Assembly (NCBI RefSeq): GCF_023585785.1
Contig: NZ_CP097765.1
Location: forward strand, 660,001-692,000
Direction of reading: 5' to 3'
Length of the DNA: 32,000 bases
Source: Blochmannia endosymbiont of Camponotus modoc
GTDB lineage: Bacteria > Pseudomonadota > Gammaproteobacteria > Enterobacterales > Enterobacteriaceae
The notes under the pieces are model-generated. The model was not told the DNA's origin. It was given only the letters and a program-made list of their open reading frames with translations, and searched no databases. Shown piece after piece: positions 11,321 through 22,787 of the stretch (position 1 is its first letter; each line of letters begins with the position of its first letter). Both the position numbers and the translations under genes were made by a program.

Positions 11321-11484
11321 TAAAATTTTCTGAATGAACATCATCTGATTTTTTCAAACTCTAATAATGATTGAGCTATTAAGTGTTATTTATTCAAACA
11401 TATTTGGATGTTGCTTAAAACAAGCAATTTATCAAACACAACAATATTTTTCGTTAAATTATAACAATATTATTGAGGATATTA

Positions 11485-13599
11485 ATGACTCGTGTAACAC
11501 CGATCGTACGGTACCGTAACATTGGTATAAGCGCGCATATTGATGCTGGAAAAACTACTACCACTGAACGAATTTTGTTTTATACAGGTGTAAATCATAA
11601 AATTGGAGAAGTTCATACTGGTTCTGCGACTATGGATTGGATGGAGCAAGAACAAGAACGGGGAATCACAATTACTTCTGCAGCTACTACCTGTTTTTGG
11701 TCAGGAATGGCTAATCAATTTGATTCACACCGTATTAATATTATAGATACTCCTGGGCATGTGGATTTCACTATTGAAGTAGAACGTTCTATGCGTATAC
11801 TTGACGGGGTAGTAATGATCTATTGTGCTGTAGGAGGCGTGCAACCTCAATCTGAGACAGTATGGCGCCAAGCAAATAAGTATAAAGTACCACGTATTGC
11901 ATTTATAAATAAAATGGATCGAGTAGGCGCAGATTATCTACGAGTTGTAGAACAGTTAAAAACCAGATTATTTGCTAATCCTGTACCTATTCAATTAGCT
12001 GTAGGCTCAGAAGATAAATTTACCGGAATTATCGATTTGATCAAGATGAAAGCTATTCACTGGAACGAATCGGATCAAGGCGTTACTTTTAATTATAGTG
12101 AAATACCTGACAATTTAACGGAATTGTCAAGTATTTGGCGCAAACATTTAGTAGAGTCTGCTGTTGAAGCATCTGAAGAATTAATGGATAGATATTTATC
12201 TAATAGTGATCAGTTGACAGAACAAGACATTAAACAAGCGTTGCGTCAAAGAGTATTAAGTAATGAAATAGTATTGGTAACGTGCGGATCCGCTTTTAAA
12301 AATAAAGGGGTGCAAGCTATGCTGGATGCTGTTGTGGAGTATTTACCATCTCCAAGTGATGTAACATCCATCACAGGCGTTCTGAAAGATGGATCTACGA
12401 AAGTTAATCGTCATGCTAATGACAACGAGCCGTTTTCAGCGTTAGCATTTAAAATAGCTACTGATCCATTTGTAGGAAACTTAACTTTTTTTCGAGTTTA
12501 TTCAGGCGTTGTAAGCTCCGGAGATAGTGTTTTAAATCCTATAAAAGAAAAACGTGAGCGATTCGGTCGAATAGTGCAAATGCATGCAAATAAACGGGAA
12601 GAAATAAAATCTGTTCATGCGGGTGATATTGCTGCAGCTATTGGTTTAAAAGATGTGGATACTGGAGATACTTTATGTGCCCCATCTTCCCCAATTATAC
12701 TAGAACGTATGGAATTTCCAGAACCCGTGATTTCTGTGATGGTTGAAGCTAAAACTAAATCAGATCAAGAAAAAATGAGTTTTGCTTTAAATCGTCTAGC
12801 TCAAGAAGATCCATCGTTTCGTGTATGGATTGATAAAGACTCTGGACAAACTATCATTGCCGGGATGGGTGAATTGCATTTAGAAATCCTTGTAGAACGT
12901 ATGAAAAGAGAGTTCAATGTTGAAGCTAATGTAGGTAAACCTCAAGTTGCTTATCGCGAAACTATTCGTACTAGCGTAAAACAAGAGGGTAAATTTATTC
13001 GTCAATCAGGGGGACGAGGTCAATTCGGACACGTTTGGTTACGCATTGAACCTATGCATGCATGTGAAGAAGGTTATAAATTTTTAAATGAAATTGTAGG
13101 AGGAGCTGTACCTAAGGAATATATACCTGCTGTAGATAAAGGTGTACGGGAACAAATAAGTAATGGTATTCTTGCTGGATATCCAATTGTAGATGTTTGT
13201 GTAGCTATTTTTGATGGTTCTTATCACGAGGTTGATTCTTCAGAAATAGCATTTAAAATAGCAGGATCTATAGCATTTAAAGAAGGATTCATGAAAGCTC
13301 ATCCTGTATTATTAGAACCTATTATGAATGTAGAAATTGAAACACCTGAAGATTATATGGGAGATGTTATTGCAGATTTAAATCGTCGAAGAGGCATAAT
13401 CAGTGGATTAGAAAATTCTACAATTAGTGGAAAGATAATTTGTGCTCAAGTTCCTTTATCTGAAATGTTTGGTTATGCTACTGGTTTACGCTCACAAACT
13501 CAAGGACGCGCTTCTTATTCTATGGAGTTTTTAAAATATAACGAAGTACCTAACAATATAGCACAAATTATCATAAATTCTCGTCAAATTAAGCAATAA
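11485..13599 (+). CDS. fusA: elongation factor G
   Basis: ATG 11485 is preceded by GAGGA (11475-11479). [35 protein letters not shown] matches the E. coli EF-G start [25 protein letters not shown]. The ORF-track start at 11473 is an upstream TTG that adds 4 residues. Confidence 0.98.
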   Translation: MTRVTPIVRYRNIGISAHIDAGKTTTTERILFYTGVNHKIGEVHTGSATMDWMEQEQERGITITSAATTCFWSGMANQFDSHRINIIDTPGHVDFTIEVERSMRILDGVVMIYCAVGGVQPQSETVWRQANKYKVPRIAFINKMDRVGADYLRVVEQLKTRLFANPVPIQLAVGSEDKFTGIIDLIKMKAIHWNESDQGVTFNYSEIPDNLTELSSIWRKHLVESAVEASEELMDRYLSNSDQLTEQDIKQALRQRVLSNEIVLVTCGSAFKNKGVQAMLDAVVEYLPSPSDVTSITGVLKDGSTKVNRHANDNEPFSALAFKIATDPFVGNLTFFRVYSGVVSSGDSVLNPIKEKRERFGRIVQMHANKREEIKSVHAGDIAAAIGLKDVDTGDTLCAPSSPIILERMEFPEPVISVMVEAKTKSDQEKMSFALNRLAQEDPSFRVWIDKDSGQTIIAGMGELHLEILVERMKREFNVEANVGKPQVAYRETIRTSVKQEGKFIRQSGGRGQFGHVWLRIEPMHACEEGYKFLNEIVGGAVPKEYIPAVDKGVREQISNGILAGYPIVDVCVAIFDGSYHEVDSSEIAFKIAGSIAFKEGFMKAHPVLLEPIMNVEIETPEDYMGDVIADLNRRRGIISGLENSTISGKIICAQVPLSEMFGYATGLRSQTQGRASYSMEFLKYNEVPNNIAQIIINSRQIKQ

Positions 13600-13660
13600 T
13601 AGATAATATTTAGGTTCAATTATTTTTGAAAAACCATAAAAAGACCTAAGGAGTTTAGAG

Positions 13661-14845
13661 GTGTCCAAAGAAAAATTTAAACGCATAAAGCCACATATTA
13701 ATGTAGGCACTATTGGCCATGTAGATCACGGGAAAACTACTTTAACTGCCGCTATAACCACTGTTTTATCTAAAAAATATGGTGGCTATGCACGTGCTTT
13801 TGATCAAATTGACAATGCTCCAGAAGAAAAAGCGCGAGGAATTACTATAAATACTTCTCATGTTGAATACGATACTGCATATCGGCATTATGCGCATGTT
13901 GACTGTCCTGGACATGCCGATTATATAAAAAACATGATAACTGGAGCTGCACAAATGGATGGCGCAATTTTAGTAGTAGCCGCCACTGATGGACCTATGC
14001 CGCAAACCCGTGAACATATTTTATTAGCTAGACAGGTAGGAGTACCTCACATCATTGTATTCATGAATAAATGCGACATGGTAAATGATGAAGAATTATT
14101 AGAATTGGTTGAAATGGAAATGCGAGAATTACTATCTCAATATGATTTTCCAGGAGACAATACGCCAATCATTCGCGGATCTGCTTTAAAAGCATTAGAA
14201 AATGATGAAATATGGTCTAATAAAATTTTAGAACTATCGGATGTACTGGATAATTATATCCCAGAACCTAAACGTGTTGTAGACCAACCATTTTTACTAC
14301 CCATTGAAGATGTATTTTCTATTTCTGGACGAGGTACAGTTGTAACAGGTCGTATTGAACGTGGTGTTATCAGAGTAGGAGAAGAAATAGAAATTGTCGG
14401 TATAAAAGATACAATAAAAACCACATGTACCGGAGTAGAAATGTTTAGGAAATTATTAGACGAAGGACGTGCTGGAGAAAATGTTGGTGTTTTATTACGT
14501 GGCACTAAACGAGATGAAGTAGAGCGTGGTCAAGTGTTATCTAAACCTGGATATATCAAGCCGCATTCTCACTTCGAATCAGAAGTGTACATTTTAAATA
14601 AAGATGAAGGAGGAAGACATACGCCTTTTTTCAAAGGGTATCGTCCTCAATTTTATTTTCGTACTACAGATATCACTGGCACCATTGAATTACCAGAAGG
14701 AGTGGACATGGTGATGCCTGGCGATAATATTAGAATGATCGTTCATTTAATTGCTCCAATAGCTATGGATGACGGTCTTAGATTTGCTATTAGAGAGGGT
14801 GGTCGTACTATAGGCGCTGGTATTGTATCTAAAATTATATCCTAA
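13661..14845 (+). CDS. tuf: elongation factor Tu
   Basis: A GTG start is preceded by TAAGGAG (13647-13653). [27 protein letters not shown]... is 394 aa and near-identical in layout to E. coli EF-Tu. Confidence 0.98.
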   Translation: MSKEKFKRIKPHINVGTIGHVDHGKTTLTAAITTVLSKKYGGYARAFDQIDNAPEEKARGITINTSHVEYDTAYRHYAHVDCPGHADYIKNMITGAAQMDGAILVVAATDGPMPQTREHILLARQVGVPHIIVFMNKCDMVNDEELLELVEMEMRELLSQYDFPGDNTPIIRGSALKALENDEIWSNKILELSDVLDNYIPEPKRVVDQPFLLPIEDVFSISGRGTVVTGRIERGVIRVGEEIEIVGIKDTIKTTCTGVEMFRKLLDEGRAGENVGVLLRGTKRDEVERGQVLSKPGYIKPHSHFESEVYILNKDEGGRHTPFFKGYRPQFYFRTTDITGTIELPEGVDMVMPGDNIRMIVHLIAPIAMDDGLRFAIREGGRTIGAGIVSKIIS

Positions 14846-14919
14846 TTATATAAATCAATAAATATAATTCTGTAATTATATAATAGGTATGTTATATAAT
14901 AATATAGTAGTGTGTTGAT

Positions 14920-15294
14920 ATGTATGTAAAGAATAAAAGTAAAAAAATGTATGTATTAGAAATAATTAAATGGATTAGCATTATAGGATTGATCGCAACA
15001 TCTATTGTTGGAAATTACTTATGTCGCAATTATAGCGCTTTAGAGAGAAGTATGGTGATCCTCATTATTGTGATCATTGTCGTGTACATTGCATCAACTA
15101 CTAAAATAGGAAAACTAATAATTATATTTGGAAATGAATCACGTACTGAGTGCCGAAAAGTAGTGTGGCCTACTTATCAAGATGGGCTCAACACTACTCT
15201 AATCGTGACAGGAGTAACAATAATTATGTCGTTGTTATTATGGGGATTAGATACTATTTTAGTTCATGTGATATCATTTGGGCTAAGGTTGTAA
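14920..15294 (+). CDS. secE: preprotein translocase subunit SecE
   Basis: The 124-aa ORF has three hydrophobic segments. The conserved C-terminal part [39 protein letters not shown] matches E. coli SecE ([24 protein letters not shown]..). The start could alternatively be ATG 14947. Confidence 0.9.
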   Translation: MYVKNKSKKMYVLEIIKWISIIGLIATSIVGNYLCRNYSALERSMVILIIVIIVVYIASTTKIGKLIIIFGNESRTECRKVVWPTYQDGLNTTLIVTGVTIIMSLLLWGLDTILVHVISFGLRL

Positions 15295-15295
15295 T

Positions 15296-15841
15296 ATGAC
15301 TGTCACATTAAAGAAACGTTGGTATGTTATTCAAGCATTTTCTGGATTTGAGAATCGTGTAGCTCATTCTTTGCGTGAGCATATTAAACTGCACAATATG
15401 GATACGATGTTCGGTGAAATCATGGTTCCAACAGAAGAAGTAGTCGAAATGCGAGCTGGACAACGCAGAAAAAGCGAGCGTAAATTTTTTCCTGGCTATG
15501 TATTGGTGCAGATGATAATGAATGATTCTAGTTGGCATTTAGTAAAAAGTGTTCCACGTGTTATGGGTTTTGTTGGAGGAACATGCGATAAACCTGCTCC
15601 TATTGGGGATAAAGAGGTTGATAATATTATGCATCGATTGCAGCAAATAGGCGATAAACCTCGTCCTAAAACATTATTTGAACCTGGTGAGCTTATTCGA
15701 GTTAGTGATGGGCCTTTTTCTGACTTTAATGCTGTAGTAGAAGAAGTAGATTATGAAAAAAATCGTCTAAAAGTATCAGTTTCTATTTTTGGGCGAGCCA
15801 CTCCAGTAGAATTAGATTTTTCACAAGTTGAAAAATCTTAA
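15296..15841 (+). CDS. nusG: transcription termination/antitermination factor NusG
   Basis: The 181-aa ORF contains [30 protein letters not shown] and ends in ..[20 protein letters not shown], colinear with E. coli NusG. It starts 1 nt after the secE stop. Confidence 0.98.
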   Translation: MTVTLKKRWYVIQAFSGFENRVAHSLREHIKLHNMDTMFGEIMVPTEEVVEMRAGQRRKSERKFFPGYVLVQMIMNDSSWHLVKSVPRVMGFVGGTCDKPAPIGDKEVDNIMHRLQQIGDKPRPKTLFEPGELIRVSDGPFSDFNAVVEEVDYEKNRLKVSVSIFGRATPVELDFSQVEKS

Positions 15842-15975
15842 TGTAAAATTAGTATATAAAAATATATATTTAACTTGCACGGAAAAAGGTAATCATTATT
15901 TTGTGGGTATTGTTAGTGTGTAACCAATCAAAATAAAAATCAGAAATATTATTGGCTAGGACAATGGATATGGTA

Positions 15976-16404
15976 ATGAAAAAAGTAAAAGCGTATATTA
16001 AACTTCAAATTTCTGCTGGAGCTGCTAATCCCAGTCCTCCCATTGGACCTGCTTTGGGACAACAGGGCGTTAATATCATAGAATTTTGTAAAGCATTTAA
16101 TGAAAATACCGCGCAACTTGAAACAGGATTACCCATCCCGGTTGTCATTACTGTTTATAGTGATCGTTCTTTTTCATTTATTACTAAAACTCCTCCTGCT
16201 TCAATATTATTGAAAAGAGCAGCAAATATTCAATCTGGATCTGAAAAACCAAATATAATAAATGTTGGTAAAATATCAAGCGCTCAAATTTATGAGATCG
16301 CAAAAATTAAAGCTGTTGATATGACAGGAGCTAATATAGAATCAATATCACGTTCTATCATAGGTACAGCTCGTTCTATAGGACTCGAAGTGGAAGATAA
16401 TTAA
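15976..16404 (+). CDS. rplK: 50S ribosomal protein L11
   Basis: [42 protein letters not shown].. matches E. coli L11 (MAKKVQAYVKLQ..). In-frame ATGs at 15964 and 15970 are alternative starts, and AGGA at 15958-15961 is best spaced for 15970. The ORF-track start at 15952 is a TTG. Confidence 0.96.
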   Translation: MKKVKAYIKLQISAGAANPSPPIGPALGQQGVNIIEFCKAFNENTAQLETGLPIPVVITVYSDRSFSFITKTPPASILLKRAANIQSGSEKPNIINVGKISSAQIYEIAKIKAVDMTGANIESISRSIIGTARSIGLEVEDN

Positions 16405-16405
16405 T

Positions 16406-17113
16406 ATGACGGGTAAATTAAGCAAAAGAATGCGTATGATGCGAAATTGCGCAGATACATCTATACAATATTCCATATTAGATGGATTAGAATTATTAAA
16501 AAAAATGGCAAGAGTTAAATTTGTTGAAAGTGTTGATACCGCTATTAATTTAGGCATTGATGCGCGTAAATCCGATCAAAATATACGTAGTAATGTGATT
16601 CTACCTCATGGTATTGGTCGTGATATTCATGTTGCTGTTTTTGCTCAAGGCGACAATATAGTGTTAGCTAAAAATGCGGGAGCTGATCTAGTTGGATTAG
16701 AAGATTTATATGATCAAATAAAAAATAAGAATTATCGACCAGATGTGGTGATTGCATCTCCTGATGTTATGAATATAGTAAGTAAATTAGGTCCTATTTT
16801 GGGGCCAAGAGGATTAATGCCTAATCTTAAAATGGGTACTGTATCTCATGATATAGCAGAATCAGTTAAAAATGTTAAATTAGGGCAAATACGTTATAAA
16901 AATGATAAGAACGGTATTATTCATTCTACTATTGGAAAAATTAATTTTGATCTCATACAACTTAAAGAAAATTTAGAAACGTTAATAGTATCTTTAAAAC
17001 AAGCTAAACCGATTCTATATAAAGGAACATACATTAAAAAAGTAACTATTTCCACTACTATGGGTAGATCTATATCTATTGATCGAAATAGTTTATGTGT
17101 TGCAATTAATTAA
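16406..17113 (+). CDS. rplA: 50S ribosomal protein L1
   Basis: The 235-aa ORF contains [59 protein letters not shown], colinear with E. coli L1. It starts 1 nt after the rplK stop. Confidence 0.98.
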   Translation: MTGKLSKRMRMMRNCADTSIQYSILDGLELLKKMARVKFVESVDTAINLGIDARKSDQNIRSNVILPHGIGRDIHVAVFAQGDNIVLAKNAGADLVGLEDLYDQIKNKNYRPDVVIASPDVMNIVSKLGPILGPRGLMPNLKMGTVSHDIAESVKNVKLGQIRYKNDKNGIIHSTIGKINFDLIQLKENLETLIVSLKQAKPILYKGTYIKKVTISTTMGRSISIDRNSLCVAIN

Positions 17114-17140
17114 TATTGATTATTTTTATTAATAAGATTC

Positions 17141-17169
17141 TTTACATGATCTTCAAATTGATCTAGAAT
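17141..17169 (+). promoter_or_regulatory. candidate sigma70 promoter for rplJ-rplL-rpoBC (PL10 equivalent): TTTACA-N17-TAGAAT
   Basis: TTTACA at 17141-17146, an exact 17-nt spacer, and TAGAAT at 17164-17169. This lies about 30 nt after the rplA stop, which is where E. coli places PL10 ahead of its long rplJ leader. It is embedded in an 8-bp inverted repeat, AAGATTCT (17134-17141) / AGAATCTT (17165-17172). Confidence 0.4.
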
Positions 17170-17463
17170 CTTCTTGGAATGGTGTGTTCGTTGTATTTAT
17201 ATAAATGCATATCGACATAAATTTGTGATTTTTGAGTAAAATAAAAATAATAACCGCATTTATACACATGTATGCAGTTGTTAATTATAACGAATTTAAA
17301 TTAATTTATGTTTGTTGTCTATCTAATGAATACAGGCGGTTAAAAATTAATTAAAACTTTTAATATATTTAACATGACTGAATTAATTTATGATTATGTA
17401 TAGAAGTTTATGATTGATGCATTCGTGTATCAATATATATTGGGTTATAGCACGGTGTTATTA
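17170..17463 (+). promoter_or_regulatory. long untranslated rplJ leader (candidate L10-(L7/L12)4 autoregulatory leader)
   Basis: A 350-nt non-coding gap is retained between rplA and rplJ, although neighbouring cistrons are 1 nt apart. E. coli has a leader of comparable length that carries the L10-L12 translational operator. I could not verify the structure by eye. Confidence 0.35.
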
Positions 17464-17961
17464 ATGGCATTAAACCTTCAAAAAAAAGAAGAGATTATCT
17501 GTAAAATTCATGAAACGGCTAAAAAAGCTTTATCTGTTGTGGTAGCGGATTTAGACGGTATTGCTGTTAATGAAGTAACTAAGTTGAGAAAGGAAGCACG
17601 TGATATTGGTGTATGCGTACATGTCATTCGCAATACACTCATGCGAAAAGTGATTGAAAACACATCTTTAGCGTGTTTACGAGAGATTTTAACAGGACAA
17701 AATATTATTGCATTTTCTATGAATCAACCTCGTGATTCTGCGCGAATTTTTGTAAAATTTACTAAAAACCATGAGCATTTTAAAATAAAAGGTGCAGTTT
17801 TTGAAGGAAAATTTATTCCTGCGTCTAAAATAAATCTCTTGTCTGATTTACCTAATCATAAAGAAGCTATTTTTAGATTAATAACGATTATGAAAACAAG
17901 TAGCATCGGCAGTTTAATACACATTTTACATATATTATCTAATCAAAAAAATAAATTATAG
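17464..17961 (+). CDS. rplJ: 50S ribosomal protein L10
   Basis: ATG 17464 is preceded by GGTG. MALNLQKKEEIICKIHETAKKALSVVVADLDGIAVNEVTKLRKEARDIGV.. is 165 aa, with the same start (MALNLQDKQAIV..) and length as E. coli L10. The ORF-track start at 17410 adds 18 non-homologous residues. Confidence 0.96.
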   Translation: MALNLQKKEEIICKIHETAKKALSVVVADLDGIAVNEVTKLRKEARDIGVCVHVIRNTLMRKVIENTSLACLREILTGQNIIAFSMNQPRDSARIFVKFTKNHEHFKIKGAVFEGKFIPASKINLLSDLPNHKEAIFRLITIMKTSSIGSLIHILHILSNQKNKL

Positions 17962-18047
17962 TTTAGTAAACATGTTGTAGATGTTTTGAATAAATAGTCA
18001 TTTGATTATGTAATATTTTTTAATATTTTATATTTTTGGAAATTTTT

Positions 18048-18416
18048 ATGTCTCTTACAAAAGAACAAATTTTAGATGCTATTTCCAATATGTCTGTTAT
18101 GGATATAGTTCGGTTAACTTCTATGATGGAAGAAAAATTTGGAGTTTCCGCTGCTTCACTGACTACTGTTGAACCTGATACATCAGAGGCAATCGTAGAA
18201 GAGCAAACTGAATTTAATGTTTTTTTAACTGCTATTGGTAATAACAAAATTCCTGTCATTAAAACTGTGCGCAGTATCACTGGTCTAGGGTTAAAAGAAG
18301 CTAAAGAATTAGTGGAGTCTGCTCCTGTCATTTTGAAAGAATCAATAAACAAAGATGATGCTGAAACCTTAAAAAAAACTCTAGAAACAGTAGGCGCATC
18401 TGTCGAAATTAAATGA
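18048..18416 (+). CDS. rplL: 50S ribosomal protein L7/L12
   Basis: From ATG 18048, [36 protein letters not shown] is followed later by [15 protein letters not shown] and a ..VEIK end. It is colinear with E. coli L7/L12. Confidence 0.97.
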   Translation: MSLTKEQILDAISNMSVMDIVRLTSMMEEKFGVSAASLTTVEPDTSEAIVEEQTEFNVFLTAIGNNKIPVIKTVRSITGLGLKEAKELVESAPVILKESINKDDAETLKKTLETVGASVEIK

Positions 18417-18672
18417 AGACAAATCAAACGATTTATTATTGATTCGTTGGCTGTAGGATTTTATACCATTTATATGGAAGTGATATTTAATATTTAATAA
18501 GTAATAGAATTATGGTACTTATAAATTCTATATGTATAAAAAAAATAAAAGCATATAAATACTATATGTGTTTAAGTCTAAAAATAAATATAGAAATTTA
18601 TAACTATATTATATAGCAGCTAACTTATTTCTTTGGAAAAACAATCGCCCATATTAACTATCGAGGAACTTT

Positions 18673-21600
18673 ATGGTGTATTCTTATACTGAAAAGAAAC
18701 GTATTCGTAAAGACTTTGGAAAACGCCCTCAAGTTTTGGATATTCCATATCTTCTTTCTATTCAGATTGATTCTTTTCAAAAATTTATTAAACAAGATCC
18801 AGAAGGACAATGTGGATTGGAATCAGCTTTTAGGTCTGTTTTTCCAATTAAAAGCTATAATGGAAATGCTGAACTACAATATATCAAATATCAATTAGGA
18901 GAACCAACGTTTGATGTGAAAGAATGTCAAACACGTGGCGCTACTTTTTCTGCGCCGTTACGCGTACGTCTATGTTTAATTATTTATGAACGAGAGGGAT
19001 TAAATAACATAATAAAAAATACTAAAGAACAAGAAGTATATATGGGTGAGATTCCTCTCATGACTAATAACGGTACTTTTATTATCAATGGTATTGAACG
19101 GGTTATTGTATCTCAATTGCATAGAAGTCCCGGTGTGTTTTTTGATAGCGATAAAGGTAAAACACATTCATCTGGAAAAGTATTATATAATGCACGTATT
19201 ATTCCATATCGTGGATCTTGGTTAGATTTTGAATTCGATTTAAAAGATAATTTATTTGTTCGAATTGATCGGAGACGTAAGTTACCAGTAACAGTAATAT
19301 TACGTGCTTTAAATTATACTACCGATCAAATTTTAAATATATTTTTTAACAAAGTAATATACGAAATTCAGAATAATATATTATATATGCATTTAATCCC
19401 TGAAAGATTACGCGGTGAAACCGCATCTTTTGATATTGCTATTAATGGTGTGATATACGTAAAAAAGGGACGTCGTATTGCAGCTAAACACATCCGTCAA
19501 TTAAAAAAGGATAAAATTTCAAAAATTGAAGTACCCATGGATTATATAATTGGTAAAGTTGTTATAAAAGACTATTTCGATAAGAGTACAAATATACCTA
19601 TTGTTGCAGCTAATACAGAAATATCTTCTGACATATTGCATAATTTAATTCGATCAGGATATGAATCCATAGAAACATTATTCAGTAACGATTTAGATTA
19701 CGGTAATTATATCTCCGAAACTTTGCGTATTGATTCAACTACAAATAAATTTGATGCATTAGTAGAAATTTATCGTGTAATGCGTCCAGGGGAACCCCCG
19801 ACTAAAGAAGCTGCCGAATATTTGTTTGAAAACTTATTTTTTTCAGAAGAACGTTATGACTTATCTTCTGTAGGAAGAATGAAATTCAATCGTTCATTAC
19901 AACGAGTACAAATAGAAGATTTAGGGACATTAAAAAAGGATGATATTGTTGATGTAATAAAAAAATTGATTGATATTAGAAACGGTAAAGGAGAAGTAGA
20001 TGATATCGATCATTTGGGGAATCGACGTATTCGTTCTGTAGGTGAAATGGCAGAAAATCAATTTAGAATTGGATTAGTTAGAGTAGAACGCGCTGTGAAA
20101 GAACGCTTATCTTTAGGTGATTTAGACGTGTTAACCCCTCAGGACCTAATTAATGCTAAACCAATCTCAGCTGCAGTAAGAGAATTTTTTACTTCTAGCC
20201 AATTATCTCAATTTATGGATCAAAATAATCCATTATCAGAAATTACTCATAAACGTCGCATATCTGCTTTAGGACCAGGAGGTTTAACTAGAGAACGCGC
20301 GGGATTTGAAGTACGTGATGTCCATCCTACACATTATGGTCGAGTCTGCCCAATCGAAACTCCAGAAGGACCAAATATAGGTTTAATTAATTCATTATCT
20401 GTATATGCTCGAGCTAATAAGTACGGATTTTTAGAAACTCCATATCGAAAAGTCCAAAATGGCGTTGTTAGTAATGATATTCACTACTTATCTGCAATTG
20501 AAGAGGGTGATTTCGTTATTGCTCAAGCGAATACAAACTTAAATTCAACAGGAGAATTTATTGATGATCTGGTAACTTGCAGAAATAAAGGTGAATCTGG
20601 TCTTTTTAAAAAAGACCAAGTTGATTACATGGATGTATCTACACAACAAATAGTTTCAGTTGCTGCTTCATTAATCCCTTTTCTTGAACACGATGATGCT
20701 AATCGTGCTCTTATGGGTGCAAACATGCAACGCCAAGCCGTTCCTGTTTTATGTAGTGAAAAACCATTAGTAGGTACTGGAATGGAACGCGCAGTAGCTA
20801 TAGATTCTGGTGTTGCCGTAGTAGCTAAACGCGGTGGTGTCGTTAAATATGTGGATGCATCACGTATTGTAATACATGTTAACGAGAATGAAACACATAC
20901 TGAAGAATCAGGAATTGATATCTATCAATTAACAAAATATATTCGATCTAACCAAAATACTTGCATTAATCAACGTCCTTGTGTGTCTTTAGGAGAACTA
21001 GTAGAACATGGAGATGTTATAGCAGATGGTCCATCTACTGATTTAGGAGAATTAGCTTTAGGTCAAAATATGCGAATTGCATTTATGCCTTGGAATGGAT
21101 ATAATTTTGAAGATTCGATGTTGGTCTCGGAACGTGTAGTACAAGAAGATAAATTTACAAGTATACATATTCAAGAGTTAACTTGTGTATCTCGTGATAC
21201 TAAATTAGGACCTGAAGAAATCACGGCCGATATTCCAAATGTAGGAGAGACAGCTTTATCTAAATTAGATGAATCTGGAATTATCTATATCGGCGCAGAA
21301 GTAATAGGAGGAGATATCCTCGTCGGAAAAGTTACACCCAAAGGAGAAACTCAGTTAACACCGGAAGAAAAATTATTGCGTGCTATTTTTGGTGAAAAAG
21401 CATCCGATGTAAAAGATTCATCTTTACGTGTTCCCAATGGGGTTTGTGGTACTGTAATTGATGTACAAATATTTACTAGAGACGGTATTAATAAAGATAA
21501 ACGTTCATTAATAATTGAATCCGAAAAATTAAAACAGGTTAAAAAAGATTTAAGTGAAGAATTACAAATTTTTGAATCAGCTTTATTTGACCGTGTCTAC

Positions 21601-22698
21601 GATGTATTAATGGCCAGTGGAATTGATAAAAAGAAATTGTTTGAAACTAGTCGCAATGCTTGGTTAGATCTGGTGTTATCAGATCCAGAAAAACAATATC
21701 AATTATCTCAATTAACTAAACAATATTTTGATTTAAAACGCATGTTTGAAAAAAAATTAGAAGTTCAACATCGTAAAATCACTCAAGGAGATGAATTAGC
21801 CCCCGGTATTTTAAAAATAGTTAAAGTATATTTAGCTGTAAAACGTCAGATACAACCTGGCGACAAAATGGCAGGAAGACATGGCAATAAAGGGGTAATC
21901 TCTAAAATTAACCCTATTGAAGATATGCCATATGATCAGCATGGAATACCGGTAGATATCGTACTCAATCCTCTTGGAGTACCATCTCGAATGAATATTG
22001 GTCAAATTTTAGAAACACATCTTGGTATGGCGGCAAAAGGTATTGGAGATAAAATAAACTTTATGTTGCAACAACATAAAGAAGCAAATCAATTAAGAAG
22101 ATTTATGCAGCAAGCGTATAATTTAGGAGAAGGATCGCGTCAACACGTCAATCTTAATTTATTTTCAGATCTAGAAATATTAAAATTAGCTAAAAATTTA
22201 AAAAAAGGAATGCCTATTGCTACTCCAGTATTCGATGGGGCTACAGAAAAAGAAATTAAAGATCTTTTAAAATTATCTGGATTACCTAGTTCTGGTCAGA
22301 TTACATTATTCGATGGGTGCACAGGAGAAGCATTCGAGAGACAAGTTACTGTGGGCTATATGTACATGTTAAAACTAAATCATTTGGTAGACGATAAAAT
22401 GCATGCACGTTCTACTGGTTCTTATAGTTTAGTAACCCAACAACCACTGGGCGGGAAAGCTCAGTTTGGGGGTCAACGTTTCGGTGAAATGGAAGTATGG
22501 GCATTAGAAGCTTATGGTGCATCGTATACTTTACAAGAAATGTTAACTGTAAAATCAGATGATGTAAATGGACGTACTAAAATGTATAAAAATATTGTTG
22601 ATGGCAATCATACGATGGAACCGGGAATGCCTGAGTCTTTTAATGTTTTGTTAAAAGAAATTCGTTCTTTAGCAATTAATATTGAACTAGAAGATTAA
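18673..22698 (+). CDS. rpoB: DNA-directed RNA polymerase subunit beta
   Basis: The 1341-aa ORF starts [31 protein letters not shown] and ends in ..[10 protein letters not shown]. It is colinear with E. coli RpoB (1342 aa). GAGGAA lies upstream of the ATG. Confidence 0.99.
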   Translation: MVYSYTEKKRIRKDFGKRPQVLDIPYLLSIQIDSFQKFIKQDPEGQCGLESAFRSVFPIKSYNGNAELQYIKYQLGEPTFDVKECQTRGATFSAPLRVRLCLIIYEREGLNNIIKNTKEQEVYMGEIPLMTNNGTFIINGIERVIVSQLHRSPGVFFDSDKGKTHSSGKVLYNARIIPYRGSWLDFEFDLKDNLFVRIDRRRKLPVTVILRALNYTTDQILNIFFNKVIYEIQNNILYMHLIPERLRGETASFDIAINGVIYVKKGRRIAAKHIRQLKKDKISKIEVPMDYIIGKVVIKDYFDKSTNIPIVAANTEISSDILHNLIRSGYESIETLFSNDLDYGNYISETLRIDSTTNKFDALVEIYRVMRPGEPPTKEAAEYLFENLFFSEERYDLSSVGRMKFNRSLQRVQIEDLGTLKKDDIVDVIKKLIDIRNGKGEVDDIDHLGNRRIRSVGEMAENQFRIGLVRVERAVKERLSLGDLDVLTPQDLINAKPISAAVREFFTSSQLSQFMDQNNPLSEITHKRRISALGPGGLTRERAGFEVRDVHPTHYGRVCPIETPEGPNIGLINSLSVYARANKYGFLETPYRKVQNGVVSNDIHYLSAIEEGDFVIAQANTNLNSTGEFIDDLVTCRNKGESGLFKKDQVDYMDVSTQQIVSVAASLIPFLEHDDANRALMGANMQRQAVPVLCSEKPLVGTGMERAVAIDSGVAVVAKRGGVVKYVDASRIVIHVNENETHTEESGIDIYQLTKYIRSNQNTCINQRPCVSLGELVEHGDVIADGPSTDLGELALGQNMRIAFMPWNGYNFEDSMLVSERVVQEDKFTSIHIQELTCVSRDTKLGPEEITADIPNVGETALSKLDESGIIYIGAEVIGGDILVGKVTPKGETQLTPEEKLLRAIFGEKASDVKDSSLRVPNGVCGTVIDVQIFTRDGINKDKRSLIIESEKLKQVKKDLSEELQIFESALFDRVYDVLMASGIDKKKLFETSRNAWLDLVLSDPEKQYQLSQLTKQYFDLKRMFEKKLEVQHRKITQGDELAPGILKIVKVYLAVKRQIQPGDKMAGRHGNKGVISKINPIEDMPYDQHGIPVDIVLNPLGVPSRMNIGQILETHLGMAAKGIGDKINFMLQQHKEANQLRRFMQQAYNLGEGSRQHVNLNLFSDLEILKLAKNLKKGMPIATPVFDGATEKEIKDLLKLSGLPSSGQITLFDGCTGEAFERQVTVGYMYMLKLNHLVDDKMHARSTGSYSLVTQQPLGGKAQFGGQRFGEMEVWALEAYGASYTLQEMLTVKSDDVNGRTKMYKNIVDGNHTMEPGMPESFNVLLKEIRSLAINIELED

Positions 22699-22787
22699 TA
22701 TTTTAATTAATTTCTATATAGAAATATTTTGTAAAGCATATAGTACTTATGCGTTCAAAAAGTATAACTTTTAATAAAGGCTCATCT

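Noticed and set aside
18020-18427. A 135-aa ORF lies exactly antisense to rplL.
   Set aside because: It is fully contained opposite a highly conserved gene whose codon usage (GAA, AAA, GCT, GTT) suppresses stop codons on the opposite strand. The product is low-complexity Ser/Thr/Ile-rich with no recognisable motif and no SD.
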